A stretch of 62,847 bases of DNA, from the NCBI GenBank assembly GCA_030265395.1, contig JARFYF010000052.1, positions 44,849,967-44,912,813 of the forward strand, read 5' to 3'. The notes under the pieces are model-generated. The model had not been told where the DNA came from and did no database searches. It saw only the letters and a program-made list of their open reading frames with translations. Positions 37,348 to 50,582 of the stretch are shown here, one piece after another; the stretch's first letter is position 1; every line of letters begins with the position of its first letter. The translations under genes and the position numbers were made by a program. The DNA comes from Rhina ancylostomus. Its lineage: Eukaryota.

Positions 37348-38235
37348 GGAATTGGAATTGGTATAAGTTTATTATTGTCACTTGTACCGAGGTACAGTGA
37401 AAAACTTGTCTTGCGTACCATTCATACAGATCAATTCATTACACAGGTCATTGAGGTAGTANNNNNNNNNNNNNNNNNNNNNNNNNNNNNNNNNNNNNNN
37501 NNNNNNNNNNNNNNNNNNNNNNNNNNNNNNNNNNNNNNNNNNNNNNNNNNNNNNNNNNNNNNNNNNNNNNNNNNNNNNNNNNNNNNNNNNNNNNNNNNNN
37601 NNNNNNNNNNNNNNNNNNNNNNNNNNNNNNNNNNNNNNNNNNNNNNNNNNNNNNNNNNNNNNNNNNNNNNNNNNNNNNNNNNNNNNNNNNNNNNNNNNNG
37701 CAGTTACATTGAGTCAGTACAGAGTGCATTGATGTAGTACAGGTAAAAACAATAACAGTACAGATTAAAGTGTCACAGTTACAGAGAAAGTGTAGTACAA
37801 TAAGGTGTGAGGTCACAACAAGGTCTTTGCACTTTCTTGCAGTCCCAGGCAGAGCAGTTACTGACCAAGCCATGATGCATCCAAATAGGATGCTTTCTAT
37901 GATGCATTGATAAAAATTGGTGAGTATCAAAGGGGACATGCCAAATTTCTTTAGCCTCCTGAGAAAGTAAAGGTGCTGGTGAGCTTTCTTGGCTGTGACA
38001 TCTATGTGGTTGCCCCAGGACAGGCTATTGGTAATGTTCACTCCTAGGAACTTGAAGCTCTCAACCCTCCCAACCTCAGCACTGTTGATGTAGACAGGAG
38101 CATATGCACCACCCTCCTTCCTGAAGACAATGAGCAGCTCTTTTGTTTTGCTGACATTGAGGGAAAGGTTGTCATCATGACATCATGTCACTATGCAGTC
38201 ATGAGTGTATAAGGAGTAGAATAGGGGGCAGAGGA
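37348..38235 (-). mobile_element. Rex1/Babar LINE, 5'-truncated, with internal deletions and a gap
   Basis: Minus ORF ITNSLSWGNHIDVTAKKAHQHLYFLRRLKKFGMSPLILTNFYQCIIESIL is typical of the Rex/Babar post-RT region. It interrupts a Penelope-type remnant (37293-37345 continuing at ~38235-38285). Confidence 0.9.
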
Positions 38236-39599
38236 TGTTGCCTGATCTGCCAAGTATTTCCAGCATTTTCTGCTTTATTTTATCTGACGGGGCACTAAGT
38301 TCTCCATACTGAGCCCATTTGTGTAATTACTCGGGCCAGGTGGTCTAGTCCTGCTCCTGTGTTCTTATGTACTCAGTCTGAGAGCAGCCTGGTTGTGGAG
38401 ACAAGCTTTTGTGTGTGGCAAATCCAGAGGGATGCACCTGAATAAAGGGAAATGTCACCTTTCTTCCTCTGTTTGTGAGAGACAAGGACACACCTTAATA
38501 TCACTTTCGAGTTCCTCCTCTTCTCCATAAACGTCCGCAATCCCATGGTCAATAAGAATGTAGGGCATAAATGCCTGGTGTAAAGGCTCATCAAAGGCAA
38601 AGCAACAGTTTTAAAAGTAAAGATTGGACTTTAGAGTGCGTGTTTATTCATGAGTCTCTGCCATTTTGCAGCAGTAACACAGCCATGTAGCATATTGGGT
38701 TTTCCAAGTCTAATGTGAATGATTGTGTTAGGAAGTATTTCCATTGCCCTTGGAATCTCCTAGCTTCTCAAGGGAACCAGTTGGATCTGCCATTTGAGAA
38801 TCCTCTCTCCAAGCTCTCCATCACAGTAATCCTAGGCACTAGCTTCTCTGATTCAGGTGACCCTCAGTCTTTTTTAGCTTGATAAGAAGAAAGGAGAAAA
38901 TCCAGACAGGAGCCAGGCGAAACTAATTTTGCTTCAACAGAAACAATTCCTCCTAAAATTTCAAAGTTAGTACCTACAAGAAATGACATGGGCACCTATG
39001 ACTTTATGGCTGTTGCATCCATATCCCACTGTGAGCTAGCAGCCACACACCAAGTCATCTCTGAATGGCAGCAGTGAGCCATCAACCTGCTCTACAGCAG
39101 AGTGATGTCTTTGAAGTTGAACTGAATGGGCCAAATTGAGCTGACTGAGAGTCAACAGTTCTGCACGGGGAATAGCCGACTGTGTGTCACTTGGGTTTCA
39201 CCACTATGGTAACTTCTTCACAGGCTCAGCCTAGTGCAGAGGAGGAGACAAACTGGAGTTGGACTTGCTGCTCCATCACTGGATTCACTATTGATACCCA
39301 GCAGGAGAACGCAATCACATTGAAGAGATAATCAAGATCTGTTTCAACTTTACATCAGTCTTTCCGGCTGTAAGAAGTACAACCCCATTCTTTGAATAGA
39401 GGTCACTGATTCTGTGGAAGAAGGTAAATGCAGGTAAATGCTAGAGTTATTTAAACTCTATTTTACTTTATTTTAATGTTTTAAAATTACTCATTCTCAT
39501 TTTAAAATTTCTTTTCTTTATATTTCATTATATTGTTTTAATGCTTTTTTTTGACTATTTAAAACCATTTGAACAATTCATCAAGTCATCTGGATGTTC

Positions 39600-39885
39600 T
39601 GGGACTGAACAGTAGCAGGACCTCAGCAGTATCCTGGGAGATCTAGAAACAGGGTCTCAACATAAGGAGTCAGACATTCAGGGCAGTGATTTCTCCACTT
39701 AGAGGGTGGTGATTCTTTGCAATTCTTTACCCAAGAGGGCTATGGAGGCTGTGGGAATAGATACTAGACATTAGGGTTATCAAGGGATTTGGATTAGCAC
39801 AGGTAAATAACGATGAAGAAAAAGATAAGCCCTGATTTTCTTGATGGCAAAACAAGCACAAGCCTGCTTCTATTTCTTAGGCTCC
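39600..39885 (+). mobile_element. Decayed CR1 3' end
   Basis: TCTAGAAACAGGG..AGAGGGTGGTGATTCTTTGCAATTCTTTACCCAAGAGGGCTATGGAGGC. Confidence 0.65.
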
Positions 39886-40183
39886 TGTGAATGTTACCTG
39901 AATCCTACCCACAGAAGAGAGGGTGAGCTGCCTCACGGGATGTTCCTTGGAAGGAGAGGGTCTGCTGGTCAGGTCCTCTGCATCTGGAGAAGTAAGTCCA
40001 GGAGCCCAGGAACTGTGGGTGGTGTGTCTGGGCAGCAAGCTGGGTCCAGGGCAGTCAGGCCAATGGCAAAGAACATCATACATGGTGCAAAGGGGGCTGT
40101 TATTGCTCTCATGCCCCTGTGACTCTTGCAAACATGATGAATTTCATCCCCAGCATCTTCAAATCACAGGGAAAAAAATGGGA

Positions 40184-40658
40184 ATAAGATAAGATAAGAT
40201 TCCTTTATTAGTCACATATACATCGAAACACACAGTGAAATACATCTTTTTGCGTAGTGTTCTGGGGGCAGCCCGCAAGTGTTGCCACGCTTCTGGCACC
40301 AATATAGCATACTCACAACTTCCTAACCTGTACGTCTTTGGAACGTGGGAGGAAACTGGAGCACCCAGAGGAAACCCACGCAGACACGGGGAGAATGTAC
40401 AAACTCCTTACAGACAGTGGCCGGAATTGAACCCNNNNNNNNNNNNNNNNNNNNNNNNNNNNNNNNNNNNNNNNNNNNNNNNNNNNNNNNNNNNNNNNNN
40501 NNNNNNNNNNNNNNNNNNNNNNNNNNNNNNNNNNGGAGCACCCAGAGGAAACCCACGCAGACACGGGGAGAATGTACAAACTCCTTACAGACAGTGGCCG
40601 GAATTGAACCCCGGGCACTGGCGCTGTAAAGCATTATGCTAACTGCTACACTACCGTG
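40184..40658 (-). mobile_element. tRNA-derived SINE with V-SINE-like core and Rex1/Babar-type tail
   Basis: Head complement GAATTGAACCC..GCTAACTGCTACACTACCGTG; core GGAAACCCACGCAGACACGGGGAGAATGTACAAACTCCTTACAGAC; tail (ATAAG)n-TTTATTAGTCACA..ACAGTGAAA. Many CpGs intact, so likely young. Confidence 0.85.
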
Positions 40659-42113
40659 GAAAGCAAGGTGGAAAAAAGCGTAAGTAAATATGCACTTTAA
40701 AAAATGAAATGAATTTGTAAATATACAGCTCTTATTTTCTTTAGATCAGGAACATGAAAAGACTGCAGTTATTTACAATACAGCCCTCCAGCTTTCTGCA
40801 TGTATGTTACATTATTTATTAATTGATTTCCCAAAATTATTATAGTATCAGATATTAAATCATCTGATCACAGTTGAAGTTCTCTCTAGAACTACAATTT
40901 CTAAATTTGTCTGATAAAGTCAGCACTCATGAATCAACATTCCACAGGCTGTGCAATTCCATTTATTTCTTCCTCTTCCAGAAGGAAGGATACCTAATTG
41001 GAGTCATGTTGCAGGATTAAGATTCTTAAAAGGAATGTTGCTCATATAAAAAGATGAAAACTTCAGAAAAACTTCTGGTGTAATTTTTGGAGGATTAGGG
41101 ACATCCTTCACCATATTTACTGGTCAGTGGAGAAATGTGCTTATCTCTGTATTTCTTTGTGTTTTTTAATGTGTGCCACTTACCTCCAGCTGATAAGAAT
41201 TTCCCTAATATTCAATAATCTCTTCCGACTCCATGGGGATATCTGGTAGCATCTGTGCCAGCATATGTTGAACATCTCCAAGCAGGTCACTACTTCATTT
41301 TGTCACAGCCTCTTCTCTCATTTGCAGAGATACAAATATCCCTCCCCAGCAGGCTTGACCAGATGACACTACATGATGGAAAGAAATTTGAATTGGTACA
41401 CATTAACCCATTGAAATCTAAAATCTCTTTGAAGTGTACAGCTTGCCACAGATATAGATTTTAACCCAAGTTCTTAATCTTTCCTTTATTTTCAATATTA
41501 CCATTTAGCCAGTGAAGATAGATGAAGAAACTGACAGTAGAGCACACAGTACTTGACATGTTGTTAATGCTATATGACTATTGGTAAAAAATAAATGCTG
41601 ATCTTATCAACTTCATTGAAGGCCCTTGACACAGGGATCTTATAAAACATATAAGGGCTACTGCCAAGTTATCATCATAACTGAGGAGATAAGATTGCAA
41701 GCCATTTGATTACAAAATTATGTTCCTTTCTAGCCATTTCATATGATATGATCCATCACATTAAATATTCAAATAGACAATGGGATTTTTTTTACAAGCT
41801 ATTACCATTTCTGACTCCATGCTATCTTCTTTCCTGGATTCATTATAAGTACAGTGACATAGCGAGCATTTCGCCAGGAAGGGGTTAAAGCCATAAAGTT
41901 GTTCAAAGATCTCCCATACACAACAATTCAATATAACAAGGTTACCCTGCAATGTTATTGACAAAACAGTACATTCTATCAATAAAAATGTTGATTCTCA
42001 TGGTGGGTGAGTTTTACTGTAAACACTGCTCTCTGTTTCTTCTCCCCTGACATCCATAATGATGTTTTTACAGAGTGTGAATTTCAGATTCATAAAAGAC
42101 TGACAAAACAGTT

Positions 42114-42180
42114 CTCCTCTCTTCTCTCTCTCTCTCTTTCTTTCTCTCTCTTTCTCTCTCTGTCTCTCTCTCTCTCCCTC
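42114..42180. repeat. (CT)n microsatellite
   Basis: Directly visible. Confidence 0.95.
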
Positions 42181-42559
42181 AGACAGTGGGCCACTCACAT
42201 CTAGTGACAGAGAGGCAAGGGAAAAAGAAATAAAGCTAACACTTTGCAGCTCAGGAAACAAAGCATGTGTTCAATAGGTAAGAGTTCAGTTCATATTTGT
42301 TTAAATATCTGAGAAAAAAGAAATCAGGTGCACAAAGTCCATTTTAGTCACTGCGTTGTCGCAGTGAATATCATGCTCAGCAAGACATTGTGGCACCTGG
42401 TTGACCAGACCCTGTACACCACAAAGCCATCTGGGGGTAATTATGACAAGGTATTCTTTTAGTACCAGATGGGACCAAGGAACAGAAGCTCTACCACTCC
42501 CAGTCATTTACAACATAATTCCTTTCAATGATATACTTAATCCTCCCACCAGCTAGGCT

Positions 42560-43020
42560 TTTCAGATTGCTGTTGTTGCTGTTCTTTTATGTTAATTCAG
42601 TTGACTGAACCACCGGCCCCTCGAGGGACTAAAGAAATTATTCATCCACAAATTGTTTCCACTGTGGCAAGTACAGTAACTAAAATGAAAAAAAAGAGAG
42701 AGGGGGGAGAGGTAGAGAGCTGAAATTATCCTAACGAAGGTCAATGCCGGCCTCTGTGCAACACCAGCTGAGCTCACTCAGCCACCTGTTAGTGGCAAAG
42801 ATTCTGCACACGCTCACCATGCACTTAACCAGTTTAAGGGGCCTTTATTGACAAGCAGCCTTTTCTGAATCAGCGGGCACTGACACTCGCCTTCTTTTGT
42901 GATTATGGACCGCACAAGTCTCTTTATTCGATTACATCTATAAGCCTATCCAGTTCACATCAATGGCCTTTTACTTTTATATCACTTGCTTTTGTCTTCC
43001 AAAAGGTTTTGTTTTATTAG
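42560..43020. promoter_or_regulatory. Candidate conserved non-coding element/enhancer
   Basis: TE-free stretch with clustered CpGs, E-boxes CAGCTG and CACCTG, an AGGTCA half-site and TTTATTG/TTTATT homeobox-type sites. Confidence 0.35.
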
Positions 43021-43484
43021 AGACAAAAATACACAAACTGAGATCACAATACAACTGAATAATTTTAAATTATAAATAATTACAACTGAATTAAATTTTT
43101 GAAGGCCTGAATGAAACAGGATTAAACTAAGCAAATATGGAAGCTTGGCTGAAACAAAATTAAACTGGATTCAAATTTTAAATAACGGTCAAATTAAATT
43201 AATGTTCCTGAAGCAAAATGTGCTTTTATATAAAACATTGATTTTTAACTTTGTATTATAAATAAGAATACAGCATGGGGCATTTTGACACTGTTGAAAC
43301 ATTAACATGAAAAACATTAATATTCAGAATCAGTTTGCAGTGGCCATTAGTACATGAATTTGCAACACCAGGTCCAATTTTCTCTCTCACTATCAAACAC
43401 AGATGAAGTAGTGGCAGCTGGTAAACCCAGAGATTAGTTTATCTATATCTTAAAAATCAAATCCTAACTGATAGTGCTTGAAAT

Positions 43485-43590
43485 ACTCTGACAAAGAGTC
43501 TCTGACCTGAAATATTAACTCTGTTTCTCTTCACATAGATGCAGCCTGACCTGCTAAGTATTTCCAGCATATTCCATTTTTACTTCAGCC
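43485..43590 (+). mobile_element. Old Penelope-type terminal repeat with decayed hammerhead motif
   Basis: CTGACAAAGAGTCTCTGACCTGAAATATTAACT..GATGCAGCCTGACCTGCTAAGTATTTCCAGCAT. Confidence 0.7.
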
Positions 43591-43719
43591 CTATATCATT
43601 CTGCAGTTTGGTTTCCATATGAAGCAGGACAGTGTTTCACTTCCTTGAACAAATAAGGACTGAGACGAACTCCACTTAATTTCTTAATTCATAGGTGCAT
43701 CGACTCCTGAATGACAAGA

Positions 43720-44265
43720 GCATTTTTGTTGACACATGAATGATAGAGAAATGGAAGGCTATGTGGGAAGGAAGGGTTAGATAGATATTCAAAATCAAAG
43801 ACCCCACCCACCTTGGTCATTCTCTCTTCCCTCCTCTCCCATCAGGCAGAAGATACAGGAGCCTGAGGGCACATACCACGAGGCTCAAGGACAGCTTCTA
43901 TCCCACTGTGATAAGACTATTGAACGGTTCCCTTATACGATGAACTGGACTCTTGACCTCACAATCTACCTTGTTGTGTCCTTGCACCTTATTGTCTACC
44001 TGCACTGCACTTCCTCTGTAGCTGTGACAAGTTACTCTGTACTGTTATTGTTTTTACCTGTACTTACATAATGCACTCTACTAACTCAATGTAAGTGCAC
44101 TATGTAATGAATTAACCTGTATGAATGGTATGCAAGACAAGTTTTTCACTGTACAATAATAAACCAATACCAATACTAATATTAAAGCAGGATAAAATGT
44201 CGGCACAACATCATGGGCTGAAGGGCATGTACTGTGCTGTAACACTCTATGTTCTATGTTTTATG
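43720..44265 (+). mobile_element. CR1 3' tail split by a Rex1/Babar insertion
   Basis: 43760-43786 and 44180-44260 together rebuild the tail seen intact at 31085-31192. Confidence 0.8.
43790..44177 (+). mobile_element. Rex1/Babar LINE 3' end
   Basis: Translates IKDPTHLGHSLFPPLPSGRRYRSLRAHTTRLKDSFYP; ends TTTTCACTGTACAATAATAAACCAATACCAATAC. Confidence 0.9.
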
Positions 44266-44604
44266 CTCCTAGTCTATTCCATGGTCAGTGGGCAGTCATC
44301 CAATTGGTATGGATCTAGTAGGATTGAGGGCCACCATAATGTCAATCCAGTATCTATTGGTTCTGAAAATCCAGCACTTGGCTGTCCTTTGCTGGTGAGT
44401 AATTTGGGTCACTGCCTCGTCACCTCAAATCTATGTCAAGCTACTATCAGTCATCTGTGACAGAGAGACAGAAACGGAAATCCCATTTTTGTTTTAAATT
44501 GGTCAGTTGCTGTTCTACATGGAGCCATTTCTGTCCATGTGATGGTTGGTACATCAGTTCTCCCTCAGGGCATCACTACATATTCACACAATCGGTCTTC
44601 AGAG

Positions 44605-45348
44605 AGCACTTCACAGTGAATGGCAAGGCCCTGGGGAGTGTTGTAGAACAGAGAGACTTAGGAGTACAAGTACATAGTTTCTTGAAAGTGGCATCATAGG
44701 TAGACAGAGTGGTGAAGGAGGTTTTTGGCATGCTGGCCTTCATCAGTCAAGGCATTGAATATAGAAGTTGTTATGTTATGTTGCAGTTGTACAAGATGTT
44801 GGTGAGGATGCATCAGGAGTACTGTGTAAAATTTTAGTTACCGTGTTTTAGGAAAGACATAATAAAGCTGGAAAGAACACAAAGAAGATTTACAAGAATG
44901 TTGTCAGGACTTGAGTCATCGGGACAGGTTGGGTGGACTCGGAATTTATTCCTTGGAACATAGGAGACTGAGGTGTGATATTATTGAGATATTTAAAATT
45001 ATGAAGAGCATAGATAGGGTGAATGCGTGTAGTTTTTCTCCCAGGGAAATGGAATCAAAAACTAGAAGGCATAGGTTAAAGGTGAGAGAGGAGAGATTTA
45101 AAAGGGACCTGAGGAGTAACTTCTTCATGTAGGGGATGGTGCGTAAATGGAGCAAGCTGTCGAGGAAGTAATCGAGGCAGGTATAATAACAACATTTGGA
45201 ATACATTTGACAAATATATGGATAGGAACAGTTTCGAGGGACATGGGCCAAATGCAGGAAAATGGGACTAGCTTAGATGGGCATCTTGGTCAGCATGGAC
45301 GAGTTAGGCAGAAAGGCCTGTTTCTGTGCTGTGTTATATTATGACTCT
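44605..45348 (+). mobile_element. CR1 LINE 3' part
   Basis: VNGKALGSVVEQRDLGVQVHSFLKVA and RLGGLGIYSLEHRRLRCDIIEIFKIMKSIDRV; tail AAGGCCTGTTTCTGTGCTGT..ATGACTCT. Confidence 0.9.
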
Positions 45349-45888
45349 AAACCTCCTGGGAATGGTATGGATCCAGCAATTGCTGGACATTTGCCATTCC
45401 TGCTTGATGCAACATCCATCATTTCACTGAGATTGGGAGTCCTGTTAACTTCAGAGTGAATTCAGATCAGAGATTTATTTCATTTTTTTTCATCTTAGCC
45501 CTAATTAACGTACAACAGCAAGACCACAGTGTAATTGGAGTGAGAAATATACTAATGCACTGGATAGAACACTGGCAAAGTTTGCATGATTTTGCTTAGA
45601 CAGAGCATAGAATGCTTTATTCTCATCGAGTGACAATGAATCTGATATACAGATTGCTCTACACTAGTAGCATGTACCCATCTTCAGCATTAATTTCCAT
45701 CTTGATCGCATTTAAGTATGTGGTAGAGAGAATGATAGGAAGGATATACTGCATGAGGATCTCTAAGCCTGGACTACTGATCTGGAGGCATATGCTCCAA
45801 TGCTATCTTAACAACTGAGGAAATTAAATACAATTGACTAATCTGGCATTGAAAAATTTGTCTCAATAATGGTGATTATGATATTACA

Positions 45889-46197
45889 AAATTCCCGCCG
45901 CTGCCTGTAAGGAGTTTGTACATTCTCCCGTGTCTGCGTGGGTTTCCTCCCACATTCCAAAGACGTNNNNNNNNNNNNNNNNNNNNNNNNNNNNNNNNNN
46001 NNNNNNNNNNNNNNNNNNNNNNNNNNNNNNNNNNNNNNNNNNNNNNNNNNNNNNNNNNNNNNNNNNGTGTCTGCGTGGGTTTCCTCCCACATTCCAAAGA
46101 CGTATGGGTAGGTTAATTTGGGGTTTAAAATGGGCGGCGTGGACTCATTGGCCCAGAAGGGCCTGTTACCACGCTGCAAGTAAAATTTTAAAAAAAT
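45889..46197 (+). mobile_element. 5'-truncated tRNA SINE, short-tail subfamily, with a gap
   Basis: TGTAAGGAGTTTGTACATTCTCCCGTGTCTGCGTGGGTTTCCTCC core; GAAGGGCCTGTTACCACGCTG tail. Confidence 0.8.
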
Positions 46198-47671
46198 AAG
46201 TTGAAGAATATCATAAGATTCAGGGAAAAACTAAGGCTAGAAAATGCATACTGACTTTGACAGCTATGTATCTCTATACCTCATGAATAAATAAAAGGGA
46301 ACCCAAACCATATTATTGTCATGACACAAGATAAAGCCTAACTTCCTTTATGCAAAACTTTCAGATTATATGCTGATTAATGATGTTAGTATGAGAATTT
46401 TTGTTGGTCTTTGTTCAAAGTTGCAAACTCTATCTTAATGAATATCTACTTCCTTGCTACTTTTTCTCCACACTGTTGCCTCTTACAGCAATTATTTCCG
46501 ACGATTGCAATGATCATATGTGGTCATACCACTCAGCTGAAGGGAGAAGAAGTGGTGGAGAATGCAATGTTTCTCTCAAAATATCAGGGAGAGTGAAATT
46601 CATAACACATTATCACTGTTACCTCAGTTCTGCTTATGACACAATTAAACATCTGCATTTAACCTCTTTATTGGTATGGTTCATACATACTTAGCGCAAC
46701 CCTCACAAACCTCCACATGGAGTCATGTTTTAATACCTTTCAATAGGGGTAGAAAAAATAATTCGTTAATATTTGTAGTGGGAAAAAGTGTGAAAGGATG
46801 AAAGAAATTTAAAGAAAGTTTGGGTTCAATGTTCTTATAAACACACCAGTAATTATTGCAATACTTGACACAGGAATTAAGATATTTGGTAAAATAGCAT
46901 TTAATGGGATACATTGCTACAACTGCAGTGAGAGGAAATGCAGAGGGCACAAAGGTAATACAGACACCACATGTACAACTGATTGCCTACAACAAAAGGG
47001 TCACTTTTGCACAGTGTTACTTAAAGACATGGAGAAAAGTAATTGTTTAAATCTTTGAGTACTGAATACCTTGATCAGATGCTCTTCCCCCACCCCAACC
47101 CCCCTTCCTCAGAACTTGGGATTCTGTAGGCATGTGGTTCCACAAGACCTTCACCTAAGACCCCATTTGCTGATCAACCTTGACAATCAACAATTTGAAT
47201 ATAAAAGATTGCCTTTATAACATGTAATGAAGTTCACATTCCACATTCCCGTGGTTTCCATTAGTCAGTCAAACATGATTGATTTTTAAAAAAATCTTTT
47301 CATGAGTCCAAAATGAAAGAATTGAATTGCAACGGGACCTTTCACAACCAGGATGATTCAAGGTGAACAATGTAATAGGAATTGACACTATTTAACAGAA
47401 TTTCACTTCCTGTAACTGTGGATAGCACCTATAATGGTATTGCTTAAAAGCAATAGACTGTACCATGTGCTCACATTTCCTGAACTTGAACCCATGACGT
47501 GCAGACTCAAAGACAAGAGTGCTACCAAATGAGCCACAACTGATATGAGGCCACTTGTCAGATCAGTAATGGAAACCCACTGTGAAGTTAGTGATAGGAT
47601 CCAGCATTTCCTTTTATATTCATAAATCTTTTGAATCAAATAGAGACAGCAAGGTCATCAAAGATTCTTTA

Positions 47672-48770
47672 TTTTCTTCTTAGGGTGTACCTCAGAAGTC
47701 ATCCCTGAGGATGACTCACTTCCAACATGTTCCGTGTGTTCTGTTGTGACTGATGAGGCCAATNNNNNNNNNNNNNNNNNNNNNNNNATAGAACAGGAGG
47801 TACCTGCTGGAGTGGGCAGTTTGGGAGGTGGTGTGGTTATTCTGCTTTTGTGTGCAATACTCAAACTCAAGGTTCTGAGTGCCATCCCAAATGCTTCTTC
47901 TTCACTTTCAGTGGTTCCCAGGAGTCAGCAGGGATATTTTATTTTATCAAGCAAGGCTTTAAGCATATCCTTGAAACTTTTCCTCTGTCTGTCAGCTGAT
48001 CTTTTCTCATGACAGATCTCTAAATAGTGTATTTATTTTTGGTAATTTGGCGTCAGGCATACAAACATCATGGCCTGCCCAAAGAGCCAAATGAGGATAA
48101 TTAGTGCTTCAGTGCTAGGGATGAAGACATGGGAGAAGACACAGGCATTGGTTCACTTAACTTTCTGGTGGGAGTGCGGGATTCTGAAAAGATATTGTTG
48201 GAGATGTCTCTCCATTGCCTTCACGTGCCTGCTGTAGATAACGCAAGTCTAAGAAGTATGTAAAGGGGCAAGAATTAGACCATGAGTTCCTTGCCAGGTT
48301 TAGGGCATAGTTCTTCAAATATCTTTTCCTCAATCATCCAAAGGCTGTGCTGTTGCATTGAAGGCCATTCTGAATTTCGTTATCACTGTCTGTCTTTGCT
48401 GAGTGGAGGCTTCCAAGATATGAGAAGTGGTCAATGTGAAAATTCATGGTACAGTGGCAACAGGTTGGTAGACTTCCTTTATCTTACGGTTGTTGAGCGT
48501 AAAGCCTTCTCATGTGTTTCAGTGAACAAATCAACGATAGCTTGGATCTCGTGCACTGACCATGCCCAAGCACATCATCTGCAAACTTCATCTTGACTCT
48601 TGAGGCTGGAACAATGTTGTTTCTAGAGTGCAGGCAATGCAGGTTGAATAGTTTCCCATTAGTTCTGAAGATTAGCTGTAATCCTGCAGGAATTTTGTTG
48701 GATGTGAGTTGCAGCACTGCAGTAAGAAAAATTGATATAAGTGTTGGGGCAGTGGCACTGGTCTTCACTA
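47672..48770 (-). mobile_element. RTE-clade LINE, 5'-truncated and decayed
   Basis: Minus ORF APTLISIFLTAVL..IFRTNGKLFNLHCL..KFADD, characteristic of RTE RT (APTLF..R.DG.LFNL..YADD); 3' end matches 2990-3125. Confidence 0.85.
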
Positions 48771-50489
48771 ATAACAGCTCAGTATTATAGAATTATAATT
48801 GGATAGGATTATGACAAATGTAACCAATAATGGAGCCAGGTTGTACCATCGGGAGCCAAAGGCTGGCATGCGGGTGGGAACATGGGCGTGTGCAATCCTT
48901 AAATAATAGGGAAACATTTTAGATTTTTGGTCTTCTTCACCTACTTCTTTGCAATGCCCAAAAGTTCTCCAAAGCCTGCAACAAAACTATTCTGTAATGG
49001 TGTAATGCCGGAAAAAAAATTATATCGGAAAATCACAGAAAATTCTGGATGAATTACATCAGTTTTTAAACACAAGTTTCACTGAATTTAAATACATCTT
49101 GAAACTATTTTATAATGCTTATTTTCAGGTGGGTAGATGGTGTTATTATTGTCAATGAACTACATGAGAAAAGGAACATTACTTCCAGATTATTTCTAAA
49201 AATAGCATTTTATTCATTTTGAAGTTAAATATGTGGATACCTTCAGCAAGGGTGAGTAGAAGTATAAAGCTGAAGAAATAATGACTTTAATGATTAGTTT
49301 GGATGCTGTGAAATAACATGCATCCATTTATCTCACAGAATTCCATGCCCAAAAGAAGTAAGTGAAATCATAAATAGTAGCCACTATTGATTTTATTACC
49401 CGATCTACCTCTTTTACTTAAAAGCTGTGAGAAACTATTTGACTAAACAAAGTCATAACATCTATTCTGTTTTCTGAGTCAGTTTAAGAGGCTACCTGCT
49501 CCTTCCTTGTGCAAGCCTTGGCTCATTTATATCACCGATAACAATGAATTAGAATATAGTAGTTTCTTGGCCCCTGAGACTTGAACCTTACACTTCAGCT
49601 GAGGACTGAAGGAGGAAGGCAAGCTTTTCCTTTTCAGATGCATATCTAATTCTGCTTATATATATATCAGCATTTTCAGTCAATGTTCTTAAAGGCACGA
49701 TATCTATTTAGCTTTAGATTGTGTAACTTGGGTTTGGGAAATAACTGAGAAATCTGTTTGAGTTAAATTAGCTTTGATAGAATTGTTGGTGAAATTAGTG
49801 AAAAGATACTTAATGTATTTGAATTTTAGGCATTAGTCTGCATGCCTTGAATGGATTGATGCTACTGCTAAAGTGTAATACACAGAAATGTCGCACAAAG
49901 GACTTTAGCAACTCCAGACTACGGTGGTCTGGAAGTTTGTTTTACTATTGCTTAGACACTTTCTAAGTTGTTGTTTCTTCTTCAATGTTTTTTTTGCATC
50001 TATAATAAAGGTTTGAAAAAGATACTCATTGTGACTCATTTCACCTTTGCAATGATGATGATTAACCTCTCAAACCTCAGTATCCACAACATAACCTGAA
50101 TTATGAGAGGTGTGGAGTCTTGATTATATGTGTTTTTGTTGTTCTCTTGCTGGATGTTTCTAAGTGGGTAAGAATGTTGCTCAGAGTAAACACAAAGGTC
50201 TATTCCAATTCACTGATAAAGTCCATCTGACATTTTCAACCTAGTTTTCTGTTGAAGACGCTGGGCTGGGTCTCCATGTGTTGGTTTATCCCAACAATGA
50301 TTGCAATGAAATAGGGAATTCGAAAGAGTGGTGGCACAAAACCATTTGTCCAATAGTGGTATCTTCGTTGAACCAATAAAATGGATCTCCTCACCAAAAC
50401 TCTAAAATTTAAATAAATCAACATTGCTCTCTGAATTATCCAACACGTGGTAAACTAATGAAAGTCAAAATTCTATTGATATTTAGATT

Positions 50490-50582
50490 CTGCTATTTAA
50501 ACAGAAAATGCTGGAAAGACTCAGCCATTCAGGCAATGTTTATAGAGAGAAACAGGTACAGCCAATGATTTTTCATCATAAT
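50490..50582 (-). mobile_element. Old Penelope-type terminal repeat remnant
   Basis: AAACAGAAAATGCTGGAAAGACTCAGC..CAGGCA..AGAGAGAAACAG is the complement of the 43485-43590 family. Confidence 0.6.

Noticed and set aside
40357-40610. Exact ~77-bp direct repeat across a 100-N gap (also ~38 bp at 45930-46103)
   Set aside because: Identical sequence flush with both gap edges indicates unmerged contig overlap, not biology.
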